Source: Balanoglossus misakiensis (Eukaryota; Animalia; Hemichordata). From it: a stretch of DNA of 64,000 nt. The stretch spans positions 12,930,227 to 12,994,226 of the forward strand of contig CM082582.2 of assembly GCA_040954595.2 (NCBI GenBank). The letters run 5' to 3'. Positions 63,292 to 64,000 of the stretch are shown piece after piece. A program made the position numbers and the translations under genes. Below the pieces are notes generated by a model. The model ran no database searches, was not told where the DNA came from, and worked only from the letters and a program-made list of their open reading frames with translations. Each line of letters begins with the position of its first letter. The stretch's first letter is position 1.

Positions 63292-64000
63292 GTTAGTGAT
63301 CAGACTAGCTTCAAACCTTCAGGTGGGCAACTACCTGTAATCTTACAAATCTTTCAAATCTTTGAGATTCTGCTTTTCAAAGTGGCAATATTGACATGTC
63401 CCACTTGACAACAATTTTACATTGTACTTGTATTTTTCCTATCATGTCATTGTTTTACGTTTCTTGTTACAAAAAGCAGTTTACATCTCCTGACGAAAAT
63501 GATCTAAGGTTCTGAAACAAAAACAAACATCAACATAATGAACGTAAGTTGATCAAGGTGTCAGTTCGAACAAAGTGAGTGCCAATCATTCATATGAATC
63601 AATAGGTTTCCTTTTATGCCTTTGTGAAATTTTCGAAAACACAATTTATCTTGTGTGAAACGATGCAGTAAATTCGTCATCACAAAGGCGACGACTATTA
63701 TTGGTTATAATAGGAGCTAATCTGCGATCTCACCAACATTAATTAACATCGAGTTTTAGTAAGCTAATTGTACTTGTACTTCTCCTTGTCTAATTACATT
63801 CATTTAAATTAGTCAATCATGCACCTTGATTGCTCACACCCGAATAATAACGCAACCAATCAAACTGTCATTCTTTCAAAGAATTAAATGGATGAATTAT
63901 CACTTGTGGTTTCAAGCCATTCTTATATTTTTATATTCACTATTATGAACGAGTGAGAGAATGAATGTGACATCAAATTATTTAAGGACAGAGTAATTAA

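Noticed and set aside
63292-63408. C-terminal part of ORF 62875-63408
   Set aside because: Lies beyond the donor at 63292 and loses DEG/ENaC similarity; intron read-through.

Overview
AT-rich eukaryotic (animal) genomic DNA; the style suggests a marine invertebrate, possibly a deuterostome, but the taxon cannot be fixed from the sequence. About 59 kb is one + strand multi-exon gene whose start lies upstream or could not be located. By hand I traced 132 coding exons (about 16.8 kb CDS, about 5,600 aa). They encode 128 tandem EGF-like domains (one per symmetric phase-1 exon), a truncated 4-Cys EGF, a furin-type RKRR site, a CUB domain, one more EGF, a transmembrane helix and a short basic tail. 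The main signal is in EGF repeats 1-105, which carry two extra cysteines, one in the major hairpin and one in the C5-C6 loop. The first repeat has only the C-loop Cys and the last has only the hairpin Cys. That asymmetry is what a continuous chain of inter-domain disulfides would produce, i.e. a covalently stapled EGF rod that could be shed by furin. The membrane-proximal 6-Cys block holds a ~3.07 kb duplication, an exon-deletion remnant and three copies of a long-loop EGF module. Introns contain several MITE families and microsatellites. The window ends with the first coding exon of a DEG/ENaC channel gene carrying an N-terminal PPPAY motif. Most listed ORFs are intron read-throughs or antisense shadows. 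Coordinates were read by eye and may be off by a base or two.
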